In this document: in pieces, positions 63,790-64,000 of the stretch | How the letters are laid out: every line of letters begins with the position of its first letter | Position numbering within the stretch: the first letter of the stretch is position 1 | Source: Calditrichia bacterium | Lineage (GTDB): Bacteria > Calditrichota > Calditrichia > JAJRVZ01 | Direction: 5' to 3' | Assembly (NCBI GenBank): GCA_963777955.1 | Contig: CAVZSQ010000022.1 | Location: 384,001-448,000, forward strand | Length of the DNA stretch: 64,000 nucleotides | Program-made: the position numbers and the translations under genes | Notes under the pieces: model-generated | Told to the model about the DNA's origin: nothing | Seen by the model: only the letters and a program-made list of their open reading frames with translations | Databases searched by the model: none

Positions 63790-64000
63790 ATGATGCCGGA
63801 AATAATGGAAATTTTTGGGAAAAGCGGGGCTTTATTAAACGGTCATTTTCGCCTGACCTCCGGTTTGCACAGCCCGGTCTATTTCCAGTGCGCCCTGGTG
63901 CTGCAATATCCCGACTATTGCCGGCAGATTGCAGAGAAAATCAGGCAATACTTTTCAACAAAAAAGATTGATGTGGTTATTGCTCCTGCGGTTGGCGGAA
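63790..64000 (+). CDS. pyrE: orotate phosphoribosyltransferase (partial, runs off the window end)
   Basis: Manual translation MMPEIMEIFGKSGALLNGHFRLTSGLHSPVYFQCALVLQYP...IDVVIAPAVGG. Confidence 0.92.
   Translation, partial: MMPEIMEIFGKSGALLNGHFRLTSGLHSPVYFQCALVLQYPDYCRQIAEKIRQYFSTKKIDVVIAPAVGG

Overview
A 64-kb stretch of ordinary chromosome from a Gram-negative bacterium, most likely FCB-superphylum or Calditrichota/KSB1-like. That placement is inferred from T9SS-type C-terminal domains, DUF3857/transglutaminase genes, an AgmX/PglI-type TonB-C protein and Bacteroidetes-type carAB/pyrF. Housekeeping genes include lhr, ferritin, thioesterases, saccharopine dehydrogenase, a PPIase, pyrD, queE-queF-queC, a GH13 amylase, a dimeric dUTPase, HtrA, DsbD, a TonB receptor, anmK, FadL plus lipase, an NCS2 permease, an M28 peptidase and carA-carB-DAACS-pyrF-pyrE. 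At least a dozen genes carry single-base frameshifts, so the sequence looks like an incompletely polished long-read assembly and most apparent pseudogenes are probably intact. The most notable signals are: (1) a decayed four-helix-bundle gene bracketed by inverted 8-mer tandem arrays, with related empty 7/8-mer arrays elsewhere, suggesting a small repeat-bounded mobile cassette; (2) an AT-rich array of three 7-repeat, T9SS-CTD proteins that starts at a tRNA(Sec)-like 3' fragment, has a conserved motif between units and is bounded by same-family palindromes; (3) an in-frame fusion of a YtcJ-like amidohydrolase with a CE2 esterase; (4) several apparent pseudo-enzymes (HtrA, transglutaminases, AnmK, a stand-alone HATPase-like protein); (5) a tandem YjbQ-like protein; (6) a C-terminal TWGxIK motif protein. 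No CRISPR array, rRNA, complete tRNA, integrase or transposase was seen.
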